Of a stretch of DNA of 38,041 nucleotides, positions 1-12,789 are shown piece after piece. The translations under genes and the position numbers were made by a program. Source of the DNA: Nemertoderma westbladi. Taxonomy: Eukaryota; Animalia; Xenacoelomorpha. The notes under the pieces are model-generated. The model worked only from the letters and a program-made list of their open reading frames with translations. It ran no database searches and was not told the DNA's origin. Where the stretch lies: NCBI GenBank assembly GCA_032718475.1, contig JAUCBJ010008387.1, positions 1-38,041 of the forward strand, written 5' to 3'. How positions within the stretch are numbered: the first letter of the stretch is position 1; every line of letters starts with the position of its first letter.

Positions 1-1197
1 GAACTAAGACTGGGACTGAGGGAAAATCTGAGGAACATTAGGTAGGCTAAAATTCTGAGCGAACAGTGGGTTATTAAATAATATACCGTAGGGATTTATA
101 TTATCGTGTATACTTATTGTGAATATTTGGTGTATATTGATTTGGGGAAGCCCAAAATTATTCTTAATCAGGGTTCAATATTGTTGACAAGGTTCAACAG
201 AGTTCAGTTACATTAAAGAGTATATCCAACTAATGCAGCTTTTTCTCAACCGCAACCCTGCATCTCAGAAATATTCCCTCCCCACAATCAATATCCGGTG
301 ACTGGCCGGGGCTCGGTGGTCTGTTAAGTCACGTCTCCAGCATCGGCGTTTTTCCCCCCTGGTGTTGGGATAACGGCAACACAATCTATAGTTTTTCATT
401 TTTTCAATCTGATATATTTATTATAGTGGTCATTTTGTGGCTAACCCTAAGAGGTATTTTATATATGAAGATATTATAATATATTTTCACACAATATATT
501 TTATATTTACAGATCAACATCGTCCAAGGATGCAGAGGGGCAGTGTGCAGGGGCACCTACTACGGTAGGCCATGTCCCTGTTTTCGAATAGTGGACCCCG
601 TTTGGGTACTTAAGGCCGATGTCGTGCTTGAGGAAGTATTCGATAATGAGTCACGACGTTCCGCCCTCATTATTTCTGCAGTAATGAGTTTACCTCATTA
701 TTCTTCGATAAAGCGCACCTAGAAGTGAGTAATAAATAAATAGGAAATGTACCTTGTGTAAACTAAAGCACCAGTGTCTATTGTAACGGAAAACAAGTTG
801 ACTTTCAGTGTAATGAAAGAGTCTAGACATATAAAGTATATATCTTTTCCGTTCTTCCCTATATTGATTTTACAGAGCTCTAATGTTAAAGTTTATTAGA
901 TAAAATATATTACTTTACAAATAGAATGTATTGGTCACTCTTTGTGAATAAATAGTTATTAAGGTGGCTCAACATGAAAAATTGAAAAAAACTAAAAAAA
1001 AAAATATTCCTACAGATTTTAACTCCAAATGATGAATATTTGTGTTGGACAAGTTTTGGTGGCATCAGGATAATCATTTCATGCACCAGAGACCCATATA
1101 AGCATGAAATGTTCATTAGCAGTAATGTAAATTTGCGATTTAAACGTCATTTTCTGCCGCTTGCATTTATCGCGTGCCAGTTTCATTCATGTACCTA

Positions 1198-1480
1198 AAA
1201 AAAGTAAAAAAAAAGTAAATTTTCTTCGGCCGCTTGGCCAGGGATTACGCACAAAGTCTGACGACTTATTTCCAGTGCGGTCCCCCCAGAACTTTACTCC
1301 CCAGAGGAAACTCTAGTACTCATTTAGCTACCACTTAAGGATGCAAGGCAGAGATGAGCCCTGGCTGGTCCCTTTAAAGCATTCGTGCCGAAACGAAAAC
1401 TGCCCTGGCCCATGTGAGGATCGAACCCACGACTTACAGGAGATGTGAATTCAATGCAACCACTACACCAAGGTGGAACC
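1198..1480 (-). mobile_element. tRNA-derived SINE, copy 1
   Basis: Minus strand: A box TGGTGTAGTGG, B box GGTTCGATCC, central GCCTTGCATCCTT...TAAATGAGTAC block, T-rich/TTTAC tail; near-identical to 9405-9685; probable ACCTA TSD (1193-1197, 1490-1494). Confidence 0.9.
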
Positions 1481-1979
1481 TGAACAAAAACCTATTCCTC
1501 AAAAACTATTGAAGGTAGATGTATGAAATTTTGGGACCTTGTTCAGAATTTCCAGCTCTTTCTTAATGGCCTCAATGACTTAAATCCATCAATGTGTTTG
1601 GGTTTGCCAATGTCTCAAACTCAAAAAAGAATTTTTTGACTTTGAGACCGTGGCAAGCACAACCACATTGATGAATCTATGTCATTGAGGCCATTAAGAA
1701 AGAGCTGGAAATTCTGTACAAGGTCCCAGAATTTCATACCTATACCTTCAGTAGTTTTTGAGAAAGAGGTACATGAATGAAAACTGCACGCGACAAATGC
1801 AAGCGGCAGAAAAAACATGTTTAAAGTTCAGTGAATATGTAAACTTTAATACATTCGATCATACAATTATTTTCATTCGAACATACAATTATTTTACAAT
1901 GTAAAAACACAATTATATTTATGGCAAACAGCAACTATATAACTAAGGAGCATGGAGTATATCAAATACATAAAGTGGT

Positions 1980-2765
1980 CTAGAACATTCCACTATCATA
2001 TGTTTTCGGCCCAGTAGGAAGTTTTCGTTTCCGCCTTTGTCGCCATAGAATTCTAGACTGGCGCTCTAATTTGGATATTTTCCGGTCAGCTTGCAGGATT
2101 CGCTTTTGGTCAAATGTCTGAAAATCCTTAACCGTTTTCTTTGAACTACTGACAAGTTGGTCTAGGACACCAACTCTTCCTTGATAACCGTCATTGAAGC
2201 ATATAACTGCATCATTTATGCCAATAGAGAGAGCTTGTTTACTAATGAAGACCCTCTTCGGGCATCGGCTCCAAGTGAGATTATTGAGGCCTTCATTCCG
2301 ATTTTGTGTCAGACCATGAAGGCATTTAGATTACAATTCCGGTTCTGACAATGCCTTGTAGATAGGTTTAATGGCATCAGTCACAGCACGTGGTAGTGAG
2401 TTTCTGTATACATAACATTTACCTTCCTTCTGTGCCTGTTTATACTTGTACCATCGATCAGAACATAACTGATGGCTTGGACTCTTGTCGGTAGAGCACG
2501 TATGAAAGAAAGATGCCCATATAGCCTTCTTCATTTCCCGAACAGAGGAGTTGTTTTCCCTTATGGCTCTACCATAAAAGAGCTGGAGACTATCAATCTT
2601 GTCATCAGTCAGACGACCTCTTCCCCCTATTACTTTTTTGTCAGTCAGTTTCTTCCTTTCAAGATCCTTCTTCAGGGTACGGAGCCGTGAACCGAGTCTC
2701 TTTTGGACGTGTCCTACACATTCCAACTTGGTTATCTGTTTTCCTTTATAAGGTTTTGCCTCGGT
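1980..2765 (-). pseudogene. Kolobok-type (Mutator-like domain) DDE transposase, C-terminal half with internal stop
   Basis: KLECVGHVQKRLGSRLR, IGGRGRLTD, FYGRAIREN, MKKAIWA..FH..STD..P.H.LC; past the TAA at 2331-2333 the same frame continues SKCLHGLTQNRNEGLNNLTWSRCPK...YDSGMF*. Confidence 0.8.
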
Positions 2766-2859
2766 TGAGAGGCATACCGACAAGGGGGAGGTCGAGAAAG
2801 AAGACGGGATGGAAAGGGATAGGATTACTATTGTTCGTTCTGTTTTGTCTGTTCTTTCA

Positions 2860-3040
2860 GTTTCAATCCATTCTGCCGCCGGGAGACAACAAGGTGGGAG
2901 GTGGCATTTTGCTTCCAGGAAATAAGGAAATCAAGAAGGCGGCGGAGAGACCCGATTTTAGGGTGGTGGAGGAGGCTAGCGAGAGTGGTAGATACATACC
3001 CCGACGAGGACGGAAGAGTCCGGTCGGTGGGGGCGTAACC
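2860..3040 (+). pseudogene. Degenerate Bel/Pao integrase C-terminal (DUF5641-like) fragment
   Basis: A frame not in the ORF track reads WRRLARVVDTYPDEDGRVRSV, matching the W.LARV..VYPG.DG.VRSV motif of Bel/Pao elements. Confidence 0.55.
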
Positions 3041-5389
3041 AAAAAGAATGATCAATCACAACAAAAGTTTACACTGCAGCAGTAGGTGATTTCCTTTATG
3101 CAATAGCGAATATATCAAAGTAACATGGTTTAAATTTCCCGCAATAGTTGTTAAAACTCTTAGAGTAATGCAAACAATTCGGCGTTTTTGTCACGGTCGT
3201 AACATATACATTTTGTAAAAATCTGTATTGTTTGAAGGGTCGTAGATAGCTCAAACTGAAACTTAAACATCCAATATTAGGTCTCTGTGGGTAGAAGAAA
3301 ACGTGAAAAAACACAAAAAAAAATTCACACGAAAATATTAAACTGTAATAAAATATACTCAAATGTGTTCTAAGACATTTTTGAGGATACATGGAGAAAT
3401 TTTACATGAATTTTAGTCGCGTTTTCTCTGAGCTATTGCAGATTCAGCATTGGAATTACAAATTTTTGGTTGTATTGTCGATAAAGTAGAATGTTTAAGC
3501 TACAAAATGCACCAAAACTTTTCTCAAAAAGACAAACTTCAAAAAATGACTCTCAGGTGCATTTTCCATGAAATTGCCCATCTGTGAAAAATTCATTCGT
3601 GAATAACTTTTGAAGATTTTAATAGTCCATATTGATCAATAATTTTAATTACTTTCTGGGTTTGGATATAAGCTTTGCTGGCTTAGTATAATGCGTAGCT
3701 AATGATACTAGTAAATTTTATTATATAATATAAATATATTTTTGATACAGATTTCTATGCAAGAACCCAGCCAGCAAGGGGGCAGGGGGCTGGTTAGAGT
3801 TCAACCATGCCCATGCTTTCGCACAGTTCACAAGGAGTGGGCAGTCTCGTTTCGACCTAAATGGGACAAGATGATAATCGATAAGGAGGGTAACATTATT
3901 ATACCACACATGTTTTCGAACACTGAATTTCTGATGTTATTCTTCCCTAAAGATGTACATCAAGTAACAGATTTGGTATATATATCAAATAAAGATTAAC
4001 ATTAACTCCAAAGTAAATATACACACAATCAGATTTGTCTCCGGCATATATTTTAGTATCTCGTCGAGATATGGAGAGGGTGAGAAACTGGACGCAAATC
4101 CCATATCAGTGCGTACAGATACCTATAATGATGCCTTATGTTATGTTTGTTAACGCATTTTATTACACTGTAAGTTTTGTGCCCGAAATATAGGGTATTT
4201 TGTAGAAGTGCTGACTTTTACCACGCTATTAAGAGCTTTGTTTCATCTTTTGTCATTAATATACATATAAACTGAAACTCCTGATATTGACTTATTTAAT
4301 TGTTTTGGTTGTAATAACCTGCCACAGTAACGTGATTATTTCCATTTGTCTGCTTATTCGCACCTTCAGATCCTTGACAACATCCTAGTACCAAATTATT
4401 TAGTTATTTAGTTTATAAATAATTATTTATAGCCTCAGACACAATCAATCCGTCACTAATGATTAGGCACGGAATCACATCCGTAACGAACTGAAAAGAT
4501 ATCGCGGTGGTTGGGTGATATCTGGATGGGCTCAGTCTGCTGTAATAGATGCAGCTACGGAGCAGGTAGAACCTGCCAGGTTCCATATAACAACATCCAT
4601 CATATAGAAGGACAAATTTTATCACTTCAATTTATTTATAAGTACGTTTGAAGAAATTAACTACATATTTTATGATTATTATTACTATTATATTATATTA
4701 ATTCATGTTTCTAACTTTTTGCTACTGAAAAGTAATTCTTTCAGAAACCCTCTCTTCCCTATAATTTTCTTTTACAAATCTTAATGAGATACATTTGGTC
4801 GTGTCAGGATTTTTAATGTGATATTTATATTGCCCCAAGTTACATTTGCAGTTATTCTTCTACCTAAATAGTTTTTTTTATTTGAAAGCTGTTTGTGGTA
4901 TGATTAGAATTAACACAATTATATACATTTATTTTTAAATGTAGTTGTGATAATTAAATTATTCTATTAAATAAATACACATATATAGTTCTGGAACATT
5001 TTGTTTCTATATAATAATTTATCTCAATTTTATATCATTTATCTCATCTACCTTGTTGTCCAGCGTATTGCAGCTGGGTAGGGATGGCAATTTTAAAGTG
5101 ATCAATCTCTTCAGGAATTTTATGTGCCAACCAAATTTACTACTAACCAAATTTTCTTAATGTCTGTTTTTTATGCAAACATAATCGAATAATTAGTGAA
5201 AGTTTGACAATAATTGATGACCATTCACCTGCTATTTTTTTTGGGATGTGGTATGGAGTGGGATGATTGCTGCCAACAATTTTGTGAGTCCCTTTACTGA
5301 TTTCCTTTCTGGCCCAAACCCTGGGTCACCAGGGAGACCAGATTGTGAGGGCGAGAGGAATTCTGGAGTTTGAGGTTCTGTCTGATTAA

Positions 5390-6779
5390 CACTAATTTTG
5401 GTATATGGACTACAATTGTAGTTTCTAAATATCAATATCTTTGTAATTAATGCATGTGGTTGCCTAAAATTTTGTGTATTCCTAAGGTTTCTACTTACCA
5501 ACCTATGTATTGGATATTAAAAAATTTCGACCAATCACAGCAGAGAAAATTGCAAGTTTCACTTACTTTGATATATGGACTACATTTGTAGTCAATTGAA
5601 CTAAGGTTAATTCTAAGCTTATATCACTATGAGATTCTAATTATAACAGCATAATAGCTTTATATATAACAAACATGATATAGCCTACCCACAAGCCAGA
5701 CCCAGACAAGCAAAATAGGCAGCAATTGGCTGGTACTGAAGCATCCACCAGTACTGTACTGTATTACAGTATTAGTCAATTAGCCTAGTATTATTATACT
5801 TTACATATATACATATACAATAGACCAATTGCAGAGTACTGAAGTATACAGTAGAATTGGTTTCACACAGTGTCAGAGTGTAGTTCAATCTGATTATACT
5901 CTCAAGTTTCTACCAATAATTTATATTTTACAATGAACGAAGACTTACGCACAATAAACATTGATCAGTGGTTGGATGATGGGGAATTTGTAGGGGAATT
6001 TCCGGTACAGTATCTGAACGCAAGTGAATCATCTTTACGACAAGAAGAAAATTCAGGTGATGAAATATACTCCAGTATAACTCATTACTCTCATGAATCA
6101 GAAACTGATTCCGATAGTAATTATATTATATTATACCGAATCAGTCAGGAGGCAGGATCAGAGTCATCCTAGAGTTCCTCTGGAAATGAAACTATTGCAG
6201 CCATTGAGCGCAATACCTATGTATCAAAATCCGGCATAAAATACTTTGATTCACCCCCTCTAGCCTCTACCTACCAAATGTGGGAGAGCTGACATTACAG
6301 CATTATAAAGTTTGTGCCTAAAGCGTTGATAAAACCGAAAAATGAGGACAGTTTTAATCTCTTTATAACTGAAGAAATGCGATATTTAATTTTGCGAGAA
6401 TCAAATCATAGAGGACAAATTGTCTACAATAAGACTATAAACGAAAGTGCAAGTATAAAAAAAATTCAGACCATTTTCCATGTTAGAATTTAATTTTTGA
6501 TTAGGTAGCTTAATCTAACACAGTACCAGTAACTGTCTATCTTAAACTGCGAGCTGAATTTTTACAGTGTACCAATGTTTAACTGCTTTGTCTTTATGAT
6601 TTTATGACCTTGGGGGCCTAGCCACAAATAATATACATTAATTTGTACTTATATAATATACTGCAGATGGATATAATATAATTAATATCCATTTAATTTA
6701 AAAGGAGATGTAAAATACTACAAACAAATGTAGTCCATATATCAAAATAAAAAATTTGAATCCTGTATCAGAATTAGTG
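5390..6779 (+). mobile_element. Internally deleted non-autonomous piggyBac
   Basis: TTAA at 5386-5389 and 6780-6783; TIRs CACTAATTTTGGTA / TATCAGAATTAGTG; subterminal ATATGGACTACA repeats (~5403, ~5573, inverted ~6729-6740); acidic N-terminal transposase remnant 5933-6440 ending FNLFITEEMRYLILRESN. Confidence 0.9.
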
Positions 6780-7627
6780 TTAAGGGGGGGGGGGGGGGGG
6801 GGGGGGGTTGCCTCATCATCCGTTCCCACTTCTCATGTTCTGGAAGACTGGTTGAGAAGTTTCATGTGGTTCTGATTGTGTGCTACTCTCTAACTAGTGT
6901 TGCCCCAGTAAAAGGGGGTGGAAAATTTCTACCACAATCTACAAGTAGCTACTGATTGGAGTAGCACGCATTCTTAACATTCCTGGGAGACTTTACTGCA
7001 AGTCACATCAATGCATTAATGCCAGTTACATTATGTATTAGTTGTTTGCCAGTCATATCCTGTGGAATGGCTCATATATGCAACAAATCTGCAACGATTT
7101 GAGAGATAATAGGAGCCATGTCTGCCGGTACCAACATCAAGAGAAAAGTGACGAATTAACTACTGTATATACTGGTACACTGGCGATTTTCATGATGGGA
7201 TCTGAGTTGGCGAAGATCCCGACTGGTGTGTGTGTTTAAGTCTTACGGAAATACGCGTCGCCATGTCCGCTTGGCTACTGAAAGGCTGTGGTAGTTCTGA
7301 AAGGCCGGAGGTCGAATGAATAATTCGAATTATTTACGAACGAATAATTTAACCAACCCGACAGAGCTTCATGTGTCTGCTGGGAATTGCTTCATGGTCA
7401 AGGCATCACCTTCTAAACTGCTCGCCAACATGTTGAGTGAGACTCAACAGGGCTAGTGGGCTGCTAAGGCTAAATCTGTTTTTATTTGGACGTCAAAGGC
7501 ACACGTTTCATAATTTTATTTAATTTAATTATTGTGCGAATTTTATAGACCTTGCAATTTTACCACTTATATAATAAATATAATTATAATATAATAAATA
7601 TAAATTAAAATATTTATATGCCAAGAG

Positions 7628-9020
7628 CAGGCCCGTAGCCAGGATTTTCAAAGGGCGTACACATTTAGGCGTTACGTAACGTTTCTTCCCAAACCCCCAC
7701 CCCCAACCCCCTGGCGGGGGGTCGATTCGGCCCGCCCCCGCTGTATTTTTGTTATCATCCAATAAAATCCTACGAAATTTGGGCTGTAGGTGAAAAAATT
7801 ATCGAAGAAAATTTTCAAATCCAAAATTGAAAATTTCATAAGGTGGGTATAATAAATTTCATGAAAAATAGAAGTAGTCCTAGGACAAAACATACATTTT
7901 TTTGATTTTCTAAAAACTAATAGTGTGGCATTGTTGGCTAGCATTAGTAGGGTTTTCACTACGCTGAATCGAATGTGATTATATTCCATTTCCGAAAATT
8001 GAACTGGATGCTATTTTTCGTGCACCTAAGAAGTAGGCATGGCACATTTTTTATGGCAATTTTGAAAAATACGATATTCGGAAAATATCCCCATCTTTTG
8101 ATTTCAACGTGTTTTTATAGGTTTTCTGGACCGCTGAATCGATTGAAAATATTATCGAAGCCTGAAGACTTAGTGGATCGTCCTTTTTGGAGCACCAAAA
8201 TTAGGGTGTGGCACTTCAAATATTGAAAAATACGAGATTCAGAAAAGAAACCAAAGTTGAGATTTCAACGCACATTTATAGGTTTTCTGAACTGCTGAAT
8301 CAATTGAATGTATTATAGAAGCCTGAAGACTTAGTAGTTCGGCATTTTTGGTGCACCAAAATTAGGGAGTGGCACTTATTCAAATTTTGAACCGCAATTT
8401 TAGTACCACGCCCTAATTGTGGTGTACCAATAATGACGTAGCAGAGCACTAAGACTTGAACTATTCTCCTATAACTATTACCTACTCTGTAACTTTTAAT
8501 ATATTAAAGAAAGCAGTTAGAAATTCGATTTTGTTTCGAAATTTCGACTCCTCTAGACACATGTTCGTCTTTATAGATTGTTCTAATATTTTCGATACTT
8601 TATAGGATACCCAAATCTGACATTACTAGTGAAAATCTAAGAGACTGGCCAAAGTTCTCATGTTTTAACAATTTTTCCAAAATTTGAATTTTTTCGAAAA
8701 TTTCAATTTTTTTCGAAATTTCGACTCACCAGAGAGACATTTTCCATTAAATAGATTGATCTAATATTTTTGATATTTCACAAGATAGCCAAATCTGACA
8801 TTCCTACCGAAAATTTAAGAGATTTGGCCAAAGTTGAAGTGTTTCACCAATGTTTCAAAATGTCAATTTTTTTCGAAAAATTTGCTTTTTTTCAAAATTT
8901 GGTCCCCTTGGAGACACATGTTCCACTGCATAGATCACTCTAATATTTTGGATATTTCATCAGATAGCCAAACGTCGCTTTTCTAGTGAAAAGCTAAGGG
9001 ATCGGCAAAAGTTCATGATT
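7628..9020. mobile_element. hAT-like terminus with subterminal tandem repeats (truncated)
   Basis: CAGGCCCGTAGCCAGG terminus followed by G/C-rich subterminal sequence; two ~165-bp repeats (~8060-8380) and three ~180-bp repeats (~8520-9020). No partner TIR found, and assignment of the repeats to this element is uncertain. Confidence 0.45.
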
Positions 9021-9404
9021 TTCACCGCACCCTATTGGATAATGCCCTGTCTACCAAGTCCACCCCTCCCATATGTTTATTGTACAGCTTGACAGCCAAC
9101 GGCTGACTTATGGCGACGCGGGATTTGGCAGTCTTGCTCCAGCGGTTTACATGCTGGATAGGTTCTACACCAACAGCGTTACTCCCCATCGTTACGACCG
9201 AGTTGTCATTCCACCGAATAAACTCAATACCATCACCTGTACGATAGTCGAAAGTACCACGTTCTCTCTTCTTCATAACATCGACAGCTAGGAGGAGACA
9301 GCCCCCAATCCTTTTACTCGAACTGTGCCTGTAGCACTAAAACCAATTGTTGACAACTTTTGAAGTAGGTCAACAGACGTAAAAAAGTTGTCAAAGAAAA
9401 CATG

Positions 9405-9685
9405 TAAAAGTAAAGTAAAGTAAATTTTCTTCGGCCGCTAGGCCAGGGATTACGCACAAAGTCTGACGACTTATTTCCAGTGCGGTCCCCCCAGAACTTT
9501 ACTCCCCAGAGGAAACTCCAGTACTCATTTAGCTACCACTTAAGGATGCAAGGCAAAGATGCGCCCTGGCTGGTCCCTTTAAAGCATTCGTGCCGAAAGG
9601 AAAACTGCCCTGGCCCATGTGAGGATCGAACCCACGACCTACAGGAGATGTGAATTCAATGCAACCACTACACCAAGGTGGAACC
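9405..9685 (-). mobile_element. tRNA-derived SINE, copy 2, inserted in the piggyBac transposase
   Basis: Same A/B boxes and body as 1198-1480; (TTTAC)n tail; CATG duplicated at 9401-9404 and 9698-9701; removing the insert restores HHVFFDNFFTS. Confidence 0.9.
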
Positions 9686-10879
9686 TTGGTGTATAACCAT
9701 GGTGCCTGCTGGGTTCTCACAAACCTTCAGACCATCTAGCACTACCTGCATCCTTCATATATGTGGACACAGTATGGATATCCACTGGAGTTGGCTTTCA
9801 TCCAGCATTTAAACCCAAACCTTACAGGTTTATTACGAATGAATTGCTTGCATGAATGATGGCCATAATATGGGACCATACATTCATCGACACAAGGTTG
9901 GTATGCACAACCCCATTAGCAGCCAGATCCGTATTCAGCTTCTCATATAATGGCAACACCTTTGCCATACGAGAACTGGATAGATTATCGTTATTGGCAA
10001 CATGGATATTGCCCAATATTTCATGAAATCGTGAGCGTGGCATTGCATTATGAACAATGTCACAATGGATATCCGTCTCAGGCGACCAGTACATTTTAAG
10101 GTCTGGTCTAGAGTTATATCCCGACAGTATCAATATACCGATAAACTTGTACATGTCTGACAGTGATACTGTGAAGGTAGGCTGAAAAAAAATACATAAT
10201 GTATATACAGTATATGCCTATGCCTATATGGTGTAAAATGAATTAAATGGCAATTGGGCCTAGTGTAAATTACAATAATGTCAGACCAATCTTATTCCTT
10301 TGAATCTTAGCATATCGTTCAGTCTCAGACACCAGAAGCTCAACCATGTCACCAAAGGTTTCAGTAAACACTTGTAACTCAGAGAATGAAGCCAGTGATG
10401 GGTTTTTCTGGCCAATCTCAATGGTAGCTGCCTTAAAATTGTCTTCACTTCTAGAAATATGTGAGGCAACAAGATCTGTCTTCTTCCAAATAGTGGGTCT
10501 CTCAATTCTCTTGACAGCATGACGTGGGCCACCAAGCCTAACAACCTGTCTCCATTTAGCTGGATGCTCTGATTTATCTGTAGCTGTTGTACCGGTACAT
10601 TCACCACTGTCATGGCTTGTTCCAGGAGTAACAGAAGCCTCACCTACGAAATAATTACGTAAAATAGAAAAATATTACAAATAAACAAATAATATAGAGG
10701 CCTAGCCCTAGGTATATATGTACTAGTTGATAAAATCACACATAATAGTGGTATACCAAGGTTAATGTTATAGGCCCATAGGGTACCAATACCATACCTT
10801 CCACTGGTTCAAGCTGTAGATCCTCCACGTCTTCATCCTCTGTTGACTTGTATACAATCTCAATTTCTGATGCAATGTC

Positions 10880-11415
10880 AACAGGTAACTCTGACATTGT
10901 TGGAATCAAATCCTCATCAACATCCTCTGTGTCACTTTGGACACCACGTGGAGGTCCCAAAAGAACAAAATCAAGGGGTTCGTCATCGCTATCAGCCGTG
11001 ACTGCGTCCATTGCTTCCTGAAGTGTTAAGAAGCGACGCCGACTTTGTAACTGAGCCATATATCAATATATCACTCTGGACCTACTAGTCCCTTTTACTG
11101 GTATACTATATGAGTATGAGTAGGATATTATACTGTTTTATAAATATAACAGGTAACTCTGACATTGTTGGAATCAAATCCTCATCAACATCCTCTGTGT
11201 CACTTTGGACACCACGTGGAGGTCCCAAAAGAACAAAATCAAGGGGTTCGTCATCGCTATCAGCCGTGACTGTGTCCATTGCTTCCTGAAGTGTTAAGAA
11301 GCGACGCCGACTTTGTAACTGAGCCATATATCAATATATCACTCTGGACCTACTAGTCCCTTTTACTGGTATACTATATGAGTATGAGTAGGATATTATA
11401 CTGTTTTATAAATAA
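10880..11415 (-). repeat. 268-bp tandem duplication covering the start of the piggyBac first coding exon
   Basis: MAQLQSRRRFLTLQEAMD...SELPV is encoded twice (starts 11059 and 11327) and the copies are nearly identical. Confidence 0.95.
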
Positions 11416-11476
11416 ATATAATAATATAGGCTAGGTGTTAGGCCTATCTATATGCTTATGTTGTAGCCTACCTAGT

Positions 11477-12396
11477 AATATTGCACAGAACATTACATCA
11501 GTTGATCTAACTAGGCTGTAGCCTATATACAAAATAAAATACGGTACCAGTATGCACTTACAATACAACTGACCTACCTTCCGTCGTAACCATCGGTTTG
11601 GATTTAACTGCAGGGTAAGTACCAGACACAATATTGCACAGAACATTACATCAGTTGATCTAACTAGGCCGTAGCCTATATACAAAATAAAATACGGTAC
11701 CAGTATGCACTTACAATACAACTGACCTACCTACCGTCGTAACCGTCGGTTTGGATTTAACTGCAGGGTAAGTACCAGACACAATATTGCACAGAACATT
11801 ACATCAGTTGATCTAACTAGGCCGTAGCCTATATACAAAATAAAATACGGTACCAGTATGCACTTACAATACAACTGACCTACCTACCGTCGTAACCGTC
11901 GGTTTGGATTTAACTGCAGGGTAAGTACCAGACACAATATTGCACAGAACATTACATCAGTTGATCTAACTAGGCCGTAGCCTATATACAAAATAAAATA
12001 CGGTACCAGTATGCACTTACAATACAACTGACCTACCTACTGTCGTAACTGTCGGTTTGGATTTAACTGCAGGGTAAGTACCAGACACAATATTGCACAG
12101 AACATTACATCAGTTGATCTAACTAGGCCGTAGCCTATATACAAAATAAAATACGGTACCAGTATGCACTTACAATCCAACTGACCTACCTACCGTCGTA
12201 ACTGTCGGTATGGCTTTAACTGCAGGGTAAGTACCAGATACAATATTGCACAGAACATTACATCAGTTGATCTAACTAGGCCGTAGCCTATATACAAAAT
12301 AAAATACGGTACCAGTATGCACTTACAATACAACTGACCTACCTACCGTCGTAACCATCGGTTTGGATTTAAACTGCAGGGTAAGTACCAGACACA
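11477..12396. repeat. 153-bp tandem repeat, 6 copies
   Basis: AATATTGCACAGAAC... starts at 11477, 11630, 11783, 11936, 12089 and 12242. Confidence 0.97.
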
Positions 12397-12789
12397 ACAA
12401 TTGTTGTATTTTTAGTTTGGCAATAATTTTAAATATGTAAAATTTTGAAAAACTTACTGGAATGTGCCTATATATATTGATTAGGATGTAAACTAACCCA
12501 AAAGTGCCAAAAAACAATTTAGTTTCATGTCTATAGGACAGGAGATGCCGCTGAATGCATTAAAGTCAGAAAAAACAATGACCCCACAAAATTGCAAAAT
12601 TTGAATCAAATTTTCGGGCACATCCAATGAGGCCAAAGTCTAAATACCAGTTTGACATTGTGAAACAGCATCTTATCTAACATTAGATATTATATAATTA
12701 CAACATTTACAATTTTTAATTGTCCTACATTCAAGAAGATTGAGGGCTACTTTTGCCCAACAATTGTTTGTTACCTTTGGTACTTGCTG

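Larger units (their letters stand above)
963..2783 (-). mobile_element. Kolobok-H-like DNA transposon, 3' part (5' end missing)
   Basis: TTAA (959-962) followed by terminus GGTGGCTCAAC; long subterminal palindrome (~1138-1825); transposase C-terminal half on the minus strand. No matching second terminus found. Confidence 0.6.
9022..12559 (-). mobile_element. piggyBac (PGBD2/3-like) transposon with intron-containing, disrupted transposase; 3' end missing
   Basis: Motifs DMYKFIGIL.LSGY, MPRSRF, VDECMVPYYGHHSCKQFIRNKPVRFGFKCW, HVFFDNFFTS, RWNDNSVV, YNKHMGGVD; putative 5' terminus ...GCCGCTGAATGCA|TTAA at 12559/12560. Confidence 0.85.

Noticed and set aside
1405-1480. tRNA gene (also 9610-9685)
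   Set aside because: Has A/B boxes but continues into a SINE body and tail with TSDs; no proper acceptor stem.
2687-3085. GroES/HSP10-like GGGILLP in the 132-aa ORF
   Set aside because: Short chance match; another frame gives a better Bel/Pao motif and the ORF spans an element junction.
3749-3890. Possible kinase subdomain XI exon (FLCKNPASKGAGGWLEFNHAHAF)
   Set aside because: Weak resemblance, invariant Arg missing, stops follow, and no other kinase exons found.
6810-7480. Host gene exon or structured RNA (hairpins GGGATCT..AGATCCC, TGTTGAGT..ACTCAACA)
   Set aside because: No recognisable protein or RNA motif; the short hairpins are within chance expectation.
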